A stretch of DNA of 64,000 nt. Source: Klebsormidium nitens. Lineage: Eukaryota > Plantae > Klebsormidiophyceae. The stretch is taken from contig DF237019.1 in assembly GCA_000708835.1 (NCBI GenBank), forward strand, positions 175,900-239,899, in the 5' to 3' direction. Below, piece after piece: positions 1-11,995 of this stretch (the stretch's first letter is position 1; each line of letters opens with the position of its first letter). The notes under the pieces were generated by a model. It was given only the letters and a program-made list of their open reading frames with translations, was not told the origin of the DNA and did not search any database. The translations under genes and the position numbers were made by a program.

Positions 1-544
1 CTACCTCATGATTTCCGATGATTTCCCTGTTCTTAGCGAATCACTGCAAGCAGATAACTCGCGAACTTGCTTGTGACGGTTGCAGGGTGCTGAGACAAAC
101 TTTCCGAGAAAGAAACAACGGACCTCTAACGATCTTCAGACCAAGCCTTGAGTCAGAGACCCCCAACTTTCAGAGATTGGTGAGAAACAGTCCGCACTTC
201 TTCAAATCCTTAAAAATGGTCTCAAGCATTGCACCAAGATCGACGCTAGTAGCACACTGTTGATGCGGATCCCTGCTTTTGATTTCCCGAACGTTTATCC
301 TCAGTTGCACTCCATCAGCAGATCTGCAAAGAAGGCTCGCTTTAGGTGAGGCGAATCCAGATCTGCCAAAACAATCATTCCAGCCAGTCCTTGCTCAATC
401 TTCAGAGTCTGCAAGACCATGCTCGAGCCTGTCTCATGTCTCATTAGTTCAGCTTTGCACCTGAACCATACTCCCTTAAATTTGCAGACGCGTCCTCCTC
501 CGTTCCAAATATCTTCCTATTTGTTCCGTTTCCGTTCCGCGCAG

Positions 545-841
545 GTGAGCTACATCGAAGCCGCGCACCAGAAGAAACACCTAGACGTTTTGGTCGCCTC
601 TCTCGGCCCCGCCGTCCTGCCAACCGAAGGCTACAAGCAGCCAGCGCGCGAGGCGACCCTGCACGTGACCTCGCGCGATGTCATTCGCTATCTGATTGGA
701 GAGGAGAAGTGCTTGGAGCTAGGGGTTCTGGACCGAGAGGAAGATGACGACACCCCCGAGATGTACGGCTTCGTTTTGCTGAACCAGGAAAAGGGAGCTG
801 TCAAGAGGAAACGTGAGACCAATCGCTCGCTGATATGTTGA
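545..841 (+). CDS. Probable terminal exon of a gene starting upstream of the window; product not recognised
   Basis: Pyrimidine tract + CAG acceptor at 542-544, then 99 open codons (VSYIEAAHQKK...RSLIC*) with exon-like GC content. Confidence 0.4.
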   Translation: MSYIEAAHQKKHLDVLVASLGPAVLPTEGYKQPAREATLHVTSRDVIRYLIGEEKCLELGVLDREEDDDTPEMYGFVLLNQEKGAVKRKRETNRSLIC

Positions 842-1421
842 ACAGGTCGAGCTTGCGAGAAGGTGGTAGAGACCTCTTTGTGCGATTGTCTGAGAAGGAC
901 AAGTGGATCTACCGAAAGAACGGAATCTGTTGGTCCTCTTTGCAGCGTTTGGAATAGGGCTTTTTGTGCGCAGGTTGCCTTTCTAAGCAGAATCTGCTTG
1001 GAAACACGTTTCGGAAACAGCTTCGATGGCCTTCCTCATTGGAACTCAGCCTTGATTGAGGGCACTTTTTCATGCATTTTCGCTCAGAACAGACAAACGC
1101 CAGAAACAGTGTGCACCACCCTTTGTCCTGCAGATACCTTTCTCCTAGATTGAGTGTTCTGTTTCACTCCAACGTACAGGCTTTTCGTGTTGAACGCCCA
1201 GCCACGAACGAAAGAAGTAGAAAGAAGCTCTGCGGCTCCGGTCTTTGCTGTTTGCGGCTGTATGCGGTTCGGGGTCTGCCTAATTTGATACTCTGCTTTT
1301 TCTGTTCAGGAGAACTTTTTCGCGGGTCATCTGACTCAGCGACAGCAGTTCAGCTGACCAAATTCATATCGCGAACTGAGCGCTGGCTATTTCCTCAGGC
1401 ACCCACCCGACCCTCGCTGAG

Positions 1422-3047
1422 ATGGCGACCGCCCTCGAGGCCAGCAAGTACGATTCGGTCGCCAACAAGAAGCGGTGCGAAGACGTGGCCAATACCGCGG
1501 AGCGGATAATGCGCGAGTACCAGACCGATGTCTCAGAATACAATCGCCTCGCCAAGAAGATCAACGAGTCAGTCATCGCTCAATTCGCAGAGAGGTCAGT
1601 CCGTCTCAAAGCAGCTTTGCAGAGCGGATTTCCGTTCGCTCCGTTGTCGATCAACGGACCGCCGCTGCGGGACCAGGGCGACGAGTTCCGGCGGACCCGC
1701 ACGCTGTCACCGGAGCCGGACTTCCGGCGAGGCCGCACGCTGTCGCCGGAGCGTGCGGCCGGCTTTGACGTGCGCGCGGAAGTCGCGCGCGCGCCGCCAC
1801 CACGCGACGCGCGCCCGCGCTTTCGCTCCGCGAGCCCGGTCGCCGCGCCCGTGCGCCGCCCGCCGCCCGGCAGCGCGGAGGAGCGCATCTGCACGCTGTG
1901 GGTCGGTAACATCTCCCGGCACATGAGCAGCGAAGATGACGTGGCAAGGTTCTGCCGGTTCCTGGGCCTGGCGGTCGCTGACGTCAAACTCCTGAAGAAA
2001 CGGCCGGGCGAGATTGACGACGGTACGAGCGCGGGGTTTGTGACGCTCGAGAGCGCGGACGCTGTGTTCGACGCTCTGACGCTGTTTGCGCGCGAGCGCG
2101 AGCGGTTCCGCGGGATGCTGATCCGGCCACGGATTCCGGAGGCGTTCACGGCGCGCGGGTGGGTGCCCGGGCCGGGGCAGTTTGCGCACTCGAACCGGAG
2201 CGTGGCGGATGGGTTCCGGCTGGAAAACGGACAGAACTCGACCGGTAAAAAAGAAGGCGAGACGAAGGGGAAAGTTCAATTTGCCATGGACAAGAAGGAG
2301 GAGAGTGCGAACGGACGGACCGCGGCAATATTGCAACCGAAGGAAGGCGCGAAGGAGAGGACGTCGAAAGGAATACTCAAGAAGAAACAGGAGCGGCCGG
2401 TGTCAGAGGATAGCGACGGTAAAGAGAACGTGCCAAAGACGAAGCGGTCAGTGAGCGGAAACGGAAGCGAGCGGAATGAGGGCGAGACGCGGAAGCGGAA
2501 GGAGCGCCCCGACGATTTTCCAGAGAAGGAACGGGCTCCGTTCAAGAAGCTGCGTCCGGCCAGCCGGAGTCCGGACAAGAAGAGCGGAACGAAGACGCCG
2601 CCAAAGAAGCTCAAGCGGACGGAAAAGCCCCTCACAGTGAAAGATGTTCAAGCGGATGTGCAGCGCAAGCTGGCAGACAATGATTTTATGCGCGAGTGGA
2701 TTCCGAGGTCGAAGGAAGACGCGCGATTCGCGGAGTATGTCGTTTGGATCGGTGGGGATGGGGTCCAGGATTGGGAAAGCGAGGCGGCCGCGGTGAAATT
2801 CTTCGGGCGGCTGCCGCGCGCGGGGGGGGAGCGCGGGTTTGCGGTTGCCATGGCGCTTTGTCTGGGAGGGAAAGTGCTACCTTCGGGTACGCGGACGAAG
2901 AAGAGCTTTCTGGTGGAGATGCGCTCGCGGCGGGAACGGAAAGAAGTGCTGCAATTGAACGAGGACAAGCACCATCTGTTTGTGGGGATGTCGATGAAGG
3001 CGCACCAAGCGGGAAAGAAGGTCGTGCAGATCAATACCAAAACGTAG
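1422..3047 (+). CDS. Intronless RNA-binding protein: RRM, Lys/Glu-rich linker, probable second degenerate RRM
   Basis: 541-aa ORF. RNP2-like LWVGNI and RNP1-like SAGFVTL at about 1890-2060. The C-terminal block (VWIGG...SEAAAVKFF...KKSFLVEM) has the same pattern. The N-terminal half has R/S/P repeats (RTLSPE x2). Confidence 0.8.
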   Translation: MATALEASKYDSVANKKRCEDVANTAERIMREYQTDVSEYNRLAKKINESVIAQFAERSVRLKAALQSGFPFAPLSINGPPLRDQGDEFRRTRTLSPEPDFRRGRTLSPERAAGFDVRAEVARAPPPRDARPRFRSASPVAAPVRRPPPGSAEERICTLWVGNISRHMSSEDDVARFCRFLGLAVADVKLLKKRPGEIDDGTSAGFVTLESADAVFDALTLFARERERFRGMLIRPRIPEAFTARGWVPGPGQFAHSNRSVADGFRLENGQNSTGKKEGETKGKVQFAMDKKEESANGRTAAILQPKEGAKERTSKGILKKKQERPVSEDSDGKENVPKTKRSVSGNGSERNEGETRKRKERPDDFPEKERAPFKKLRPASRSPDKKSGTKTPPKKLKRTEKPLTVKDVQADVQRKLADNDFMREWIPRSKEDARFAEYVVWIGGDGVQDWESEAAAVKFFGRLPRAGGERGFAVAMALCLGGKVLPSGTRTKKSFLVEMRSRRERKEVLQLNEDKHHLFVGMSMKAHQAGKKVVQINTKT

Positions 3048-4287
3048 GTTTACGTGGTGGTGCATCCAGCGCTAGTCTCTTAGCCAGTCAATCTTTCCTT
3101 TTTCAGCTCGCATAGACGCTGAAAGGCTCGCAATCTGTTCAAATCATGGCCGCCACGTTAAAGGAAAGCTTTCAAGCCCAGCGTCTAAGAGACACTGAGG
3201 GTTTGCTCAGCGATAGTAATTCATTTTATTCATGCATCTCGGCGTCTCGGCGTCGATCCTTGGAAAGCTAGATATACATTTTAAAGAATCCGCGGAACGC
3301 TCGATCTCGGCCGTCTGCACAATCGTCCAACAGTAACATGCATGCATTTTATGGCAGACAGGAAGCTAGGTAACTATCTGGACTGCATTCAGCGGGTTCA
3401 ATTGCTAATAAGTACGTACGTATATGTGAAAGTGTGCTGCGTGCATGAGATTGCCAGAATCGAGCAATATAATGGATCTTATCTTATGCACCAAAAATGC
3501 ATCGCTATTTGGCCTGGAGCACGGGGCAGCCGCCTTAATCAGTATCAGACGTTTAAACGTATACCGTACTAAGATGAACTTAATTATACCAATACGCAAT
3601 TCCGATTGAACCTTCCGTGTTAAGCAGCTTGAAGACGCGTCACTTATTCTTAAGTAGATCGTCGATCACGGTACTTCATATGCATAAAGTGCACGTGATC
3701 GGATGCGTGGAACTGCAACTTAGTCTAGGCGGGCCCAAATAATCACATGCAGTGACCAATTGGAACGGTGCGCTAGAGTTGCTATGAACATTTATGCGCG
3801 AGTTGGGCACCTAGCTTTGTACATGTGCGCGCAGCCTCCCTCATGGGAATGATGCCACACAGTGACTCAAAGGGCACACACACATCTTAATAAATGAGTC
3901 ACTGGCTGAATGAAGTTGCCAGCTGACTATGCAACTAGGATAGTGCTCAAATAAACGATTCAAAAAGCACTCACAGGGACGCACGCGAATTGAAAAGCGG
4001 GGCTAGCAACGTGGTCCCTGGAACGATGAAAATATTCAAATTGTTTGGGCAAATGGATACGACTGCAGTAGTACCTTTCTGCATGCACCTGTATTCGTAA
4101 ATGTTTGAAAGTCGCCACGATTGAAACGTGAGTAAACCATACCTGACGTCTCGACTGCTGAGCCCGTTCCCCTGAATCTGCTCAAGACGCCTGAAGTAAC
4201 CAATATTACAGCACGTTTGGCGTCAAACACAGCGCCCGAGTGCCACTTAATGTACAATTACGCTAGGGTCCTACACAGACTGCGCGC

Positions 4288-7200
4288 TCAGGCCTTCTCA
4301 TCAGCCGAGGGATACAAGGTTGGACCCCGGATGATCGGCCTGTCAAATTTGATGCGGAATTGGAGGGACACGCGCTTTTCGCACGTGATGCCCCCAGTCG
4401 TCAGGTCCACCTTGACAGGGATTTCCCTCGTCCTCGTCTGCAGAGGGGCAGGAGGTTCTCATAATTCGTACACGAACACTTCCTTTCAGTTTTTGCGACG
4501 AGGTCCCCAATGTATTGATCACTTACGTGGCTTCAGAAGCAAAAGGTCAGCCCTGATCCAGAACCAAAAATACAAGGGGCTCACGCTAACTCAAGCAGGG
4601 GACAAAGGAGATTGATCGAGAGACATCGAACAGCCTGCCTGCATCCTCTCTCATTTCCAAAAAAGGTTCCGTCCCATAGCGATATCTTTGGATAGGATGA
4701 AGGGACATTTGAGCACTTACTCTTGAGTCGACAAGAAGTTGCTTACAAGCTACTGCAATGACAGAATCACAGCTTGACAACCTTCTTTCGATGAGGATCC
4801 TCCCAATCGTGTCCCTTCTACAACAGCCCATGCCCCCATCAAAATCTCACGCTCTGAAGAGCACTCTACTTCTGAAAGTTGGTCGATAAAGGCAACAAGC
4901 CCAGAGAATTAACTTCGCTCGACCAAGACGACACATGGGCGGATGACGTCACTCGCCTGCCACGTTACGTAGTAGCCGCGCTCCGACAGGACGTCCGCGA
5001 GCATTTCGGACGCCTCGGGGTGCTGGAAGAAGAGCGGACGCTCCGTGTTGTACAGGGCCACCCCCGCGAGCGCACATTTGCGCACGATCGGAATCACCTC
5101 GTGCTCAATAATGTCAATCACCTGTGGGCGCAGTAAACTGGATGTTTAAGAGGCGGTTAAGCCGAAACGAGGTCTGTGCTTCGAAAAAAGTCCTCGGGCT
5201 TGAGGATGTGATCGACGGCGCATAAAGCGAGTCATCTCTGCTCGATATTGCGGATTATCTGCAAGCGCAGTAGATTATTGGAGACTTTGAATGAAACTCT
5301 GAGCGGAGGCGGATTATTGAGTGAAACTTTGTGCCGAGACGGATTTCATATGCTGAAGAAAGCTCACGGGCTTGACCAACCGAAGCGTCTTCAAAAGCAG
5401 GGAAGTTGCTTGGTGTAGGAGGTGGGGTTTGCTGAGTAAGTGCTTGAACCAGTGCAAAGCCTTTGCATTCAAAGAACAGGACAGCGAATGATATCTCCAA
5501 GTCGTGCTTCGTGGGCATTGAGGCGCAAGGCCATTTCCTGGCGCGTCTCCTTCTAAAGGTCCAAACTAATAGGCCCCATATTCAACCAGAAAGAAACTGA
5601 GGACCCTAAAACCCGGGTACCCTAGCTGACCCACCTTTTTGAATGTCTCCAGGTCATGCTTCATGTAGGCGTCGAGCCGCGTGACCATGTTTTGCAATTC
5701 TCGCCTCAACAGGTTCTGACCACCGGATCCTGGAATTGAATTTGAAGTAGAAGAGTATGCAGCTCCTCAAAGAGATTTTCAAAAAAAGGCTGGAATACCC
5801 ACCTTTTTGAATGTCTCCAGGTCGTGCTTCATGTAGGCGTCGAGGCGCGTGACCATGTTCTGGCGCGCCTGCTTCACCAGGTTCTTGGCCAGCGGCAGGT
5901 GGCAGATCGCGCGGAACGTGTCCTCGCCCAGCTCCAGCCCGCTCTGGTACTGCAGCTCCTCCGCGATCTGTGTCAAAAGATAACCCAGGGTTAACTCGAC
6001 GGTACAGTGAGCGCCAGAGTAGAGCCTGGTAATGTTTCTTATCCGAGATATATGGAAAGCGGAAGCCTGCTTTCGCTTTCTGGTACTGCAGCTCCTCCGT
6101 GATCTGCAGCTTTCAAAAAGAATTTGAAACGGGTTTTGGGTCGCTTTTCGTTAGCGCCGAACGCGCTTCTTGTCAATTTTCTATTGTGCATACTAAAAAG
6201 CAGACCCAAGACTTCACATGGGCACAGTTTTCGAGTTCTTGCTATATACTATTTTGATAAACTATAATCTGTAGTATTCACTAGTCTTCTCTAAGTACTG
6301 CAGTTCCTCCGCCATCTGAGTCCCACGTTCTTGGATGTGGCAGAAGATCAGTTTCGATGAGCCCAAGACTGGTGCTTCTTATAGGCTCTGCAATTGAATG
6401 TACACGAAGCGCAGAACTTGCGGAGCGAAAGAGAGCGGAAATCACGACGGACCGGAACGGAAGAAGGACCAGAACACGTGTTCCCGGCATTGCGTAAGCG
6501 ACCCAAAGCGGCGGCTATCTTCTCTTCGTCGCGTTCAAAGGAGGTCTCCACAAGAAATCTTAGAAAGGATGGAAAGAAAGAAACTCAAGAAAAAAAATAC
6601 TGACTGAAAGGCAAAGAATGACCAGCTAACCTGTTCCCGCCAATGCAGAAGCGGCACAGCGTCGGCTAACTTTTCTTCACTCCGACAGAAGACGTTTTTC
6701 TTCGAGAATGCATACAACATGTTGGAAGGAAGAATCTAGCAAGGAAACAGAACCGAAAGTGGCACGGACCAAAACGAACTGAAGGATACGCCCACCTGTT
6801 CCTGGCACTGCGCGAGCGTCTCTCGTTTTGTTTCAGGACGGGAAATACTCAAAGAGACTTCCAAAAGGCACCTTTAGAAAAGGAAGCCGAACCGGAAGCC
6901 ACACGGAACGAAAGGGAAAGAAGGAGCAGCCCACATTTTCTCGTCAATGCGCGAGCCGCCTCAAGCGTCGTTCACCTTTTCTTCATTGTGTGAGGTACAG
7001 GCTTCCGCAGGAATTCGTACAAGGAGCACGAACAAATAATATGACAAGGAAAGCGGAGCCGAAACTGACACGGACCGGAATGGACAGAGGGATCAGCCCA
7101 CCTGTTCCCGGCACTGCGCGAGTGTGCCCATGGCGTCGATGAGGTGAAATGGGAAGAAGCTCTTGAGCCGCAGCAGCGTATCGTAGTGCTCGCGGAAGAT

Positions 7201-10200
7201 CTGGTAACGCCGCCGCGCCGCCCTCTCACTGGAAACGAATCACGGTCAGAGATTGAGGGCTTCAATGATTCGTGGCATCAAGAATGGTCCGTCTGAGGGC
7301 ATCTACGAGTCCCTGGCTTGACGACTGGTCCGTCCGACCAGATGCTTATACTCTCCAGCGAGCAAATCGGGATTCGACTTCAACGATCTGTTTCAAGTGC
7401 AGGAACGCATATCGCAAGGCTCTTCTCCTCTTCCAGAAGCGGCTACTTGTCAGTTCCCCTCTCCACAACGACTACGAATCCCACCAATGCGACTCTCATA
7501 TGAGAAGCCTTTGAAAACTCTGCAAGGCTCCGAAACCTGAAAACTTACTCGAGGTCCGTTTCCCGCACTTCCGCCAGATCCCCTAACCCGCTCTCCTTGA
7601 CCCGCTGGTTGTGCGCCAGCGCGGCGCGCCCCCGGTGCAGTTGCCGCCGCACGCTCTCCTCTTCCTCGACGTAGAGAACGGCGATCCGGAAGATTGGCCG
7701 CGGGAAGTGGTGCTCCTGGCCGGTGCTCATGTGCTGGTAGTGAAGGTCCGCCAACTTGTCGTGCAGCAATTTCACGAAGTCGACCTGCATCAGTGTTCGT
7801 GGCGTTTGATTTGCGAAACGCGCCTGCATTGATTCCGGGTACGCAGGGTGCCACTGACTGACGGAATCAGCGACAAATGCTGTTTGTGTATCCAGTTTCA
7901 AGCTTTTCGGGCACTCCCACTGTATCACCGGTGGTTCAGATTTAACGGTCCTCTGTCTTCAGTCGCGTCTAGGTGATTATGCTTCCGAATCGAAGAAAGA
8001 ACCCCAGATTTATGGGCGCTGGATCTCGGTGGCGCGGATATGCGCAGGCTGCGCCAATCCTACAGAGTTGTCGAATTTCTCAAGCTTCGCAATGATGACT
8101 GACCTGCATCGTGGTGCGCGGAAAGCCGTCCACGACGACGCCGGCAATGATCTCGTCCTCGTCCGGGATCTGTACGGATGAAAGGTCCAGTTTGACTTTC
8201 AAACTCCCGTGAACAGGCAGCATTGGGGATCGCAATTTGGGGCAGGGTGGTGAGACCTCTCACCAAGTCGGAAAGATTACTTGTTGTGTATGCTCGCGAT
8301 ACTTCAGGATCTGCGGGGCGTAGATTCAGGGGTTGAGATTTCGCTTTTGACATATCGAGCAAACGGTCTTGGATTTCAGGCTCTTCGCTTTATGGTAATC
8401 AGTCGCAGTTGGTTTCCGGAATGCGCTACTCTCCCATTGTCAGCAATGAATGTAAGAGTGGGCACGGGAGTACGTCCCTAAAGACGCTCGCAGGACTCTT
8501 GCGTCCTTCGGAAGCTGCAGGATGTGCGGTTTTTGCCTAAACTCAGATCGAAATAGACTTTAGGGTTTCGGTCACATGAGACCTTAGACATTGAAAGAGA
8601 GATGAGACAGACAGACTACGTTTCACCACAAATGACTGCACATGAAATGATGGAAGTTTTTAACCATGAGAAAGCCCGCAGCTTCTCTCCGTGCATAGGT
8701 CCAAGTTGAGAGTCTGGAGTGAAAGTCAAGTTACTTGGCCTGTAGGGGGCGTTGGATTGAGCAACGGGACAGCGACGGTTTTCTTTTTTTTGGAACGGCA
8801 TCGTTGTGACATCCGATATCTGCGAAAGTTCTATCAAACGAAACGGTTGAGACTTGAAAGATTGGAATCTGCGTCCAGCATCGACGCCTGGCGCTCGTTG
8901 ACTCCCCTCCTTTCATGAAGTTCTCCTCTCTGGGTGAGTACAAATTCAAAAGAACTGCTTGAAGCGTCTGAAACAAATCGCATGTCCGTAAACCACAGAA
9001 GGACAAACGTCGCCACTCACGCTGTCCCCTTCCTCATCCAGCGAGTCCACGAAGCCAATTTTCAGAATGCCCTCCAGAACCAACTCCGGCACATGGGAGT
9101 CGGTCAGCAACGCCCTTTACTCACCTATCTTCACCTCTCTTGGTGAGTACGATCCAAAGTATGAAGCCAACACCCTTCACCCTGGACTCCTGAGACCAGA
9201 AAACAACAAGAGTCGAGACTCACTTCATCGCCCTCCTCGTCCGGCGAGTCCACGAACCCCATCCTCAGAATGCCTTCAAGCACCAGCTCGAGCACGTGCG
9301 AGTCGCTCAGCAACGCCCCGCTCTTCATGATCTCCTGCGCCGCCTGATCGTCCTGCAGCAGGTTACTTATGCTGATCGCCTTTGTTGGGAAGCCCCGGGT
9401 CTGGAGAATGAACGGGGTGTTGGCGCCCTTGCCGGAGCCGGGAGCGCCGTTGAGCCAGACAATCTCCTTGGGGATGTTCAGGCTCTCGATGCCCCCCATC
9501 TTGATCACGACCTGGTTCCAGACGCGGTTGAACAGCTTGGTGGCTTCAATTGATACCTGCAAAGAAGGGGATAGCCATTCTTACGTAAGCACAGTGCCGG
9601 GGAGTGGCAGGATACACAAGTTTAGGATTCTAACGATGGTGTCCTCGTTGAGGACTGACAGTGAATGACATAGGGGTTGCTAGGCGATTGAAGGTTGGGC
9701 CAGCTTGACAGTTTTCAAAGACGTGTATTTAAGCGGGTGTTTGGCTGGAAATGTCATGGGTGAAACTCCTTGGTTGAAAGCCAATTGAGGGCTTCAAGAT
9801 AGTACATCCAGACTTGGAGCTCCAAAGAGCACGAAAGAAGGCCCTTGTCTCTGACGTACCTGACGTTGAACAAGGTGGAACTCGAATAAAAGGAGGAGAA
9901 AAGATCGATCAAACAAACCAAAAGCTTGAAGAGGGGAAGGAATAGTGGTCAATGATTTGATTGCCTGCTCTTAAAGAACGATTGGCCCTTTCAGGCTTCC
10001 GGGAAGGTACTATCGAGTATCAGAGGCTGGAGTGCAGTGGCTAAGTTTGGCAAGAGCTGGAGAATGTATGCGCTAAACTTGTGAGCTACAAGTTAAATGC
10101 AACATCCTGAATGTGAAACCCCCACTGTCAGATGAGCTTGCTATTCTGAGCTCTTGGTTCACACGAAGACACAAAGTTGTGAACTTTAAGTTTGTGGCTT

Positions 10201-11088
10201 AAGATTCTTCAATTTCAGGTCAACATAATACTTGCATGATTCTTTCATCGTTTGTGGACAAGCTCTCTCAGGTCCTGCTAACATCCAACAGACTCCGAAA
10301 CAAAAATCTCCTACTCATAAACGATCCCCGCCAACTCCAAAGAAAGCTCTTACCTTTGGGGTGGATCCTTTCACCACATCCGTCACGCTTGCCTTGGACG
10401 ACGGCTCCCCCAAAGCCCTGTCCAAGTCAGCATCCGTGGGGTGATCTGAACCGTCAGTATCCAGGTGCTCCACTAACACGTCCGCAACTTCTGCGGCGCT
10501 TTCTGTGGCAAACCCCCTTGTTCCACCTACTGAGAGGCTATGCTTGTTTGTTGAATGGCTATGGCTGCTAGCTGTTAGACTGTGCGTATGTAATGGTGAG
10601 CTGCGTGCGATGCTGCGTGGTGCTTGAAGAGGACTTTGTCTGAGTGAGCGTTTGACAAGGCTGGCATTGAGAATGCTGCTGTGCAAGCTTTTAGCGGTTG
10701 CATTCAAGTCTGCAATGGTCCAAGTCAATGGAGCGAAGCCCTCGCCAATGTCAGCAAACACCTTTGACTGTCCAGCTTGAGGATTCCCCAGAGAATGGGG
10801 TCTCCGCATTCGGGTCGCAGAGCTGCTCGGAATTGGGACAAGGCATGATGACCAGTCTGCTGACTTCCGAGGATGGTCTACGTGTGGCGCGTCCTTCTGA
10901 TCTGATGCATAATGTACATCAGCTGCAGCATCTTCTGAGAGAAAGTCGACCAATCCTCTGCAGCACTTGACGGCCCCCAAATGCACATTCTCCCATTGGC
11001 AGACTGCTTTCCTTGACTGCCTGATTGCAGTTTGATGGAGCTGCCTTTGGGAGCTCAGCAAACGCTGCAGCCTTTGGACGCCTGTCAT
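4288..11088 (-). CDS. Atypical long adenylate/NMP kinase with about 245-aa N-terminal extension (probably organelle-targeted); 8 exons
   Basis: Exons complement(10354-11088, 9224-9556, 8104-8169, 7549-7784, 7102-7228, 5803-5967, 4957-5121, 4288-4437) join in frame. Motifs: P-loop WLNGAPGSGKG, DGFPRT, RRRYQIFREHY, ELQYQSGLELG, SERGYY, IPVKVDLTTG. The last intron has a GC donor. Confidence 0.9.
5629..5725 (-). repeat. Intronic echo of the end of kinase exon 6 plus donor (AAG|GTGGGT)
   Basis: Near-identical to 5799-5890. Over the last 20 codons the only differences are cag/caa, cgc/cgg and cac/cat. Confidence 0.9.
6072..6322 (-). repeat. Two intronic echoes of the acceptor plus start of kinase exon 6
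   Basis: CAG|ATCACGGAGGAGCTGCAGTACCAG (about 6080-6107) and CAG|ATGGCGGAGGAACTGCAGTAC (about 6295-6320), versus the real CAG|ATCGCGGAGGAGCTGCAGTACCAG. Confidence 0.85.
6440..7101 (-). repeat. Tandem array of about 150-bp degenerate units echoing the end of kinase exon 5 plus donor
   Basis: Plus-strand motif cccacctgttcc(c/t)ggcactgcgcgag (real junction at about 7097) recurs at about 6475, 6628, 6791 and 6930. Most copies are preceded by a shared cacggacc/cacggaac intronic motif. Confidence 0.8.
9014..9116 (-). repeat. Intronic echo of the last 32 codons of kinase exon 2 plus GTGAGT donor
   Basis: Translates RALLTDSHVPELVLEGILKIGFVDSLDEEGDS|gtgagt versus the real GALLSDSHVLELVLEGILRMGFVDSPDEEGDE|gtgagt. 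No indels. Confidence 0.9.
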
Positions 11089-11995
11089 CGGACCGCAACT
11101 TTGAAAAGCATCCCTTGTACCAAGTGAAGGTCAGGAGCGTATTGCAGGTATGTTTTGCTAACAATTTGGGAAGCAGAAGCGCTGTGCTTGGCTGATCTGT
11201 TTAGCTTGCATGATTCTCGGAAGTGAATGCGCATTGCACATTCTGTACATGGACGGAAGCCATCACTGTCAGTGGCGCGTGAGTGGCATTGAAACTCGAG
11301 CTCGAACTGTGCATCGATCCGCTGTCTTATTAAACCTCAATCGGCGACGTATGCTAGGTGTGCCTCACGTATCCACCCTATTAAATTAGGGAATTAAATA
11401 GCTGAACGTTCACAGCGAAAACCAGGTCCGGTTAACGAACTATTATACCAAGCTTTTGAATGGCCAGATTTACAAACCGGGCAAACCCAAGACTATTAAC
11501 ACAAGCTGCTCTACGGTCTACCTCTTTTCAACCTGACAGTGATGTATTATAATACCTATGTAATATCCTAACATTTTTGTAATTTTGCACTATTGTCGTT
11601 AATCCTGCTGTCAAGCTGGCAGCAGTCGAATCCTCAACTTCATCTCTTGAGCAAGTTGAACTTGACGCTCGAACTTGAAGTTGCAATGTTGCAGGAGGAA
11701 GCCCTTCCAAGTTCCAGGTCAACAGCACTCCAGAGTCCAGGCGCTTCTTGATATCTTACTGGGACCGGCATGAAAAAGAAGGCAGGGCAAGTGTGAGCGA
11801 AACCACCACGAGAGAGGTCGACGATGATGAGGCATGATGCAGTTGCTTGCCCAGAATAAAAAGACCTTCATCCAGGGAGTTTTGGGCTCTGAAGTGTCCA
11901 GACAAGCCCAGCTGACTCATTCTTGGACAGATCTAGGCGTACTTGTATCATTGGCGGAAGAGATGCCAATCAGAAGGGCTTGATGTTGTGTCGGC

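Noticed and set aside
1475-2635. Multiple overlapping 100-210 aa ORFs around the RRM gene
   Set aside because: Alternative-frame and antisense shadows of one GC-rich exon; Arg/Pro/Ala-rich with no motifs.
8561-8570. TTTAGGG telomere-like heptamers (also near 42863)
   Set aside because: Isolated single copies expected by chance; no array.
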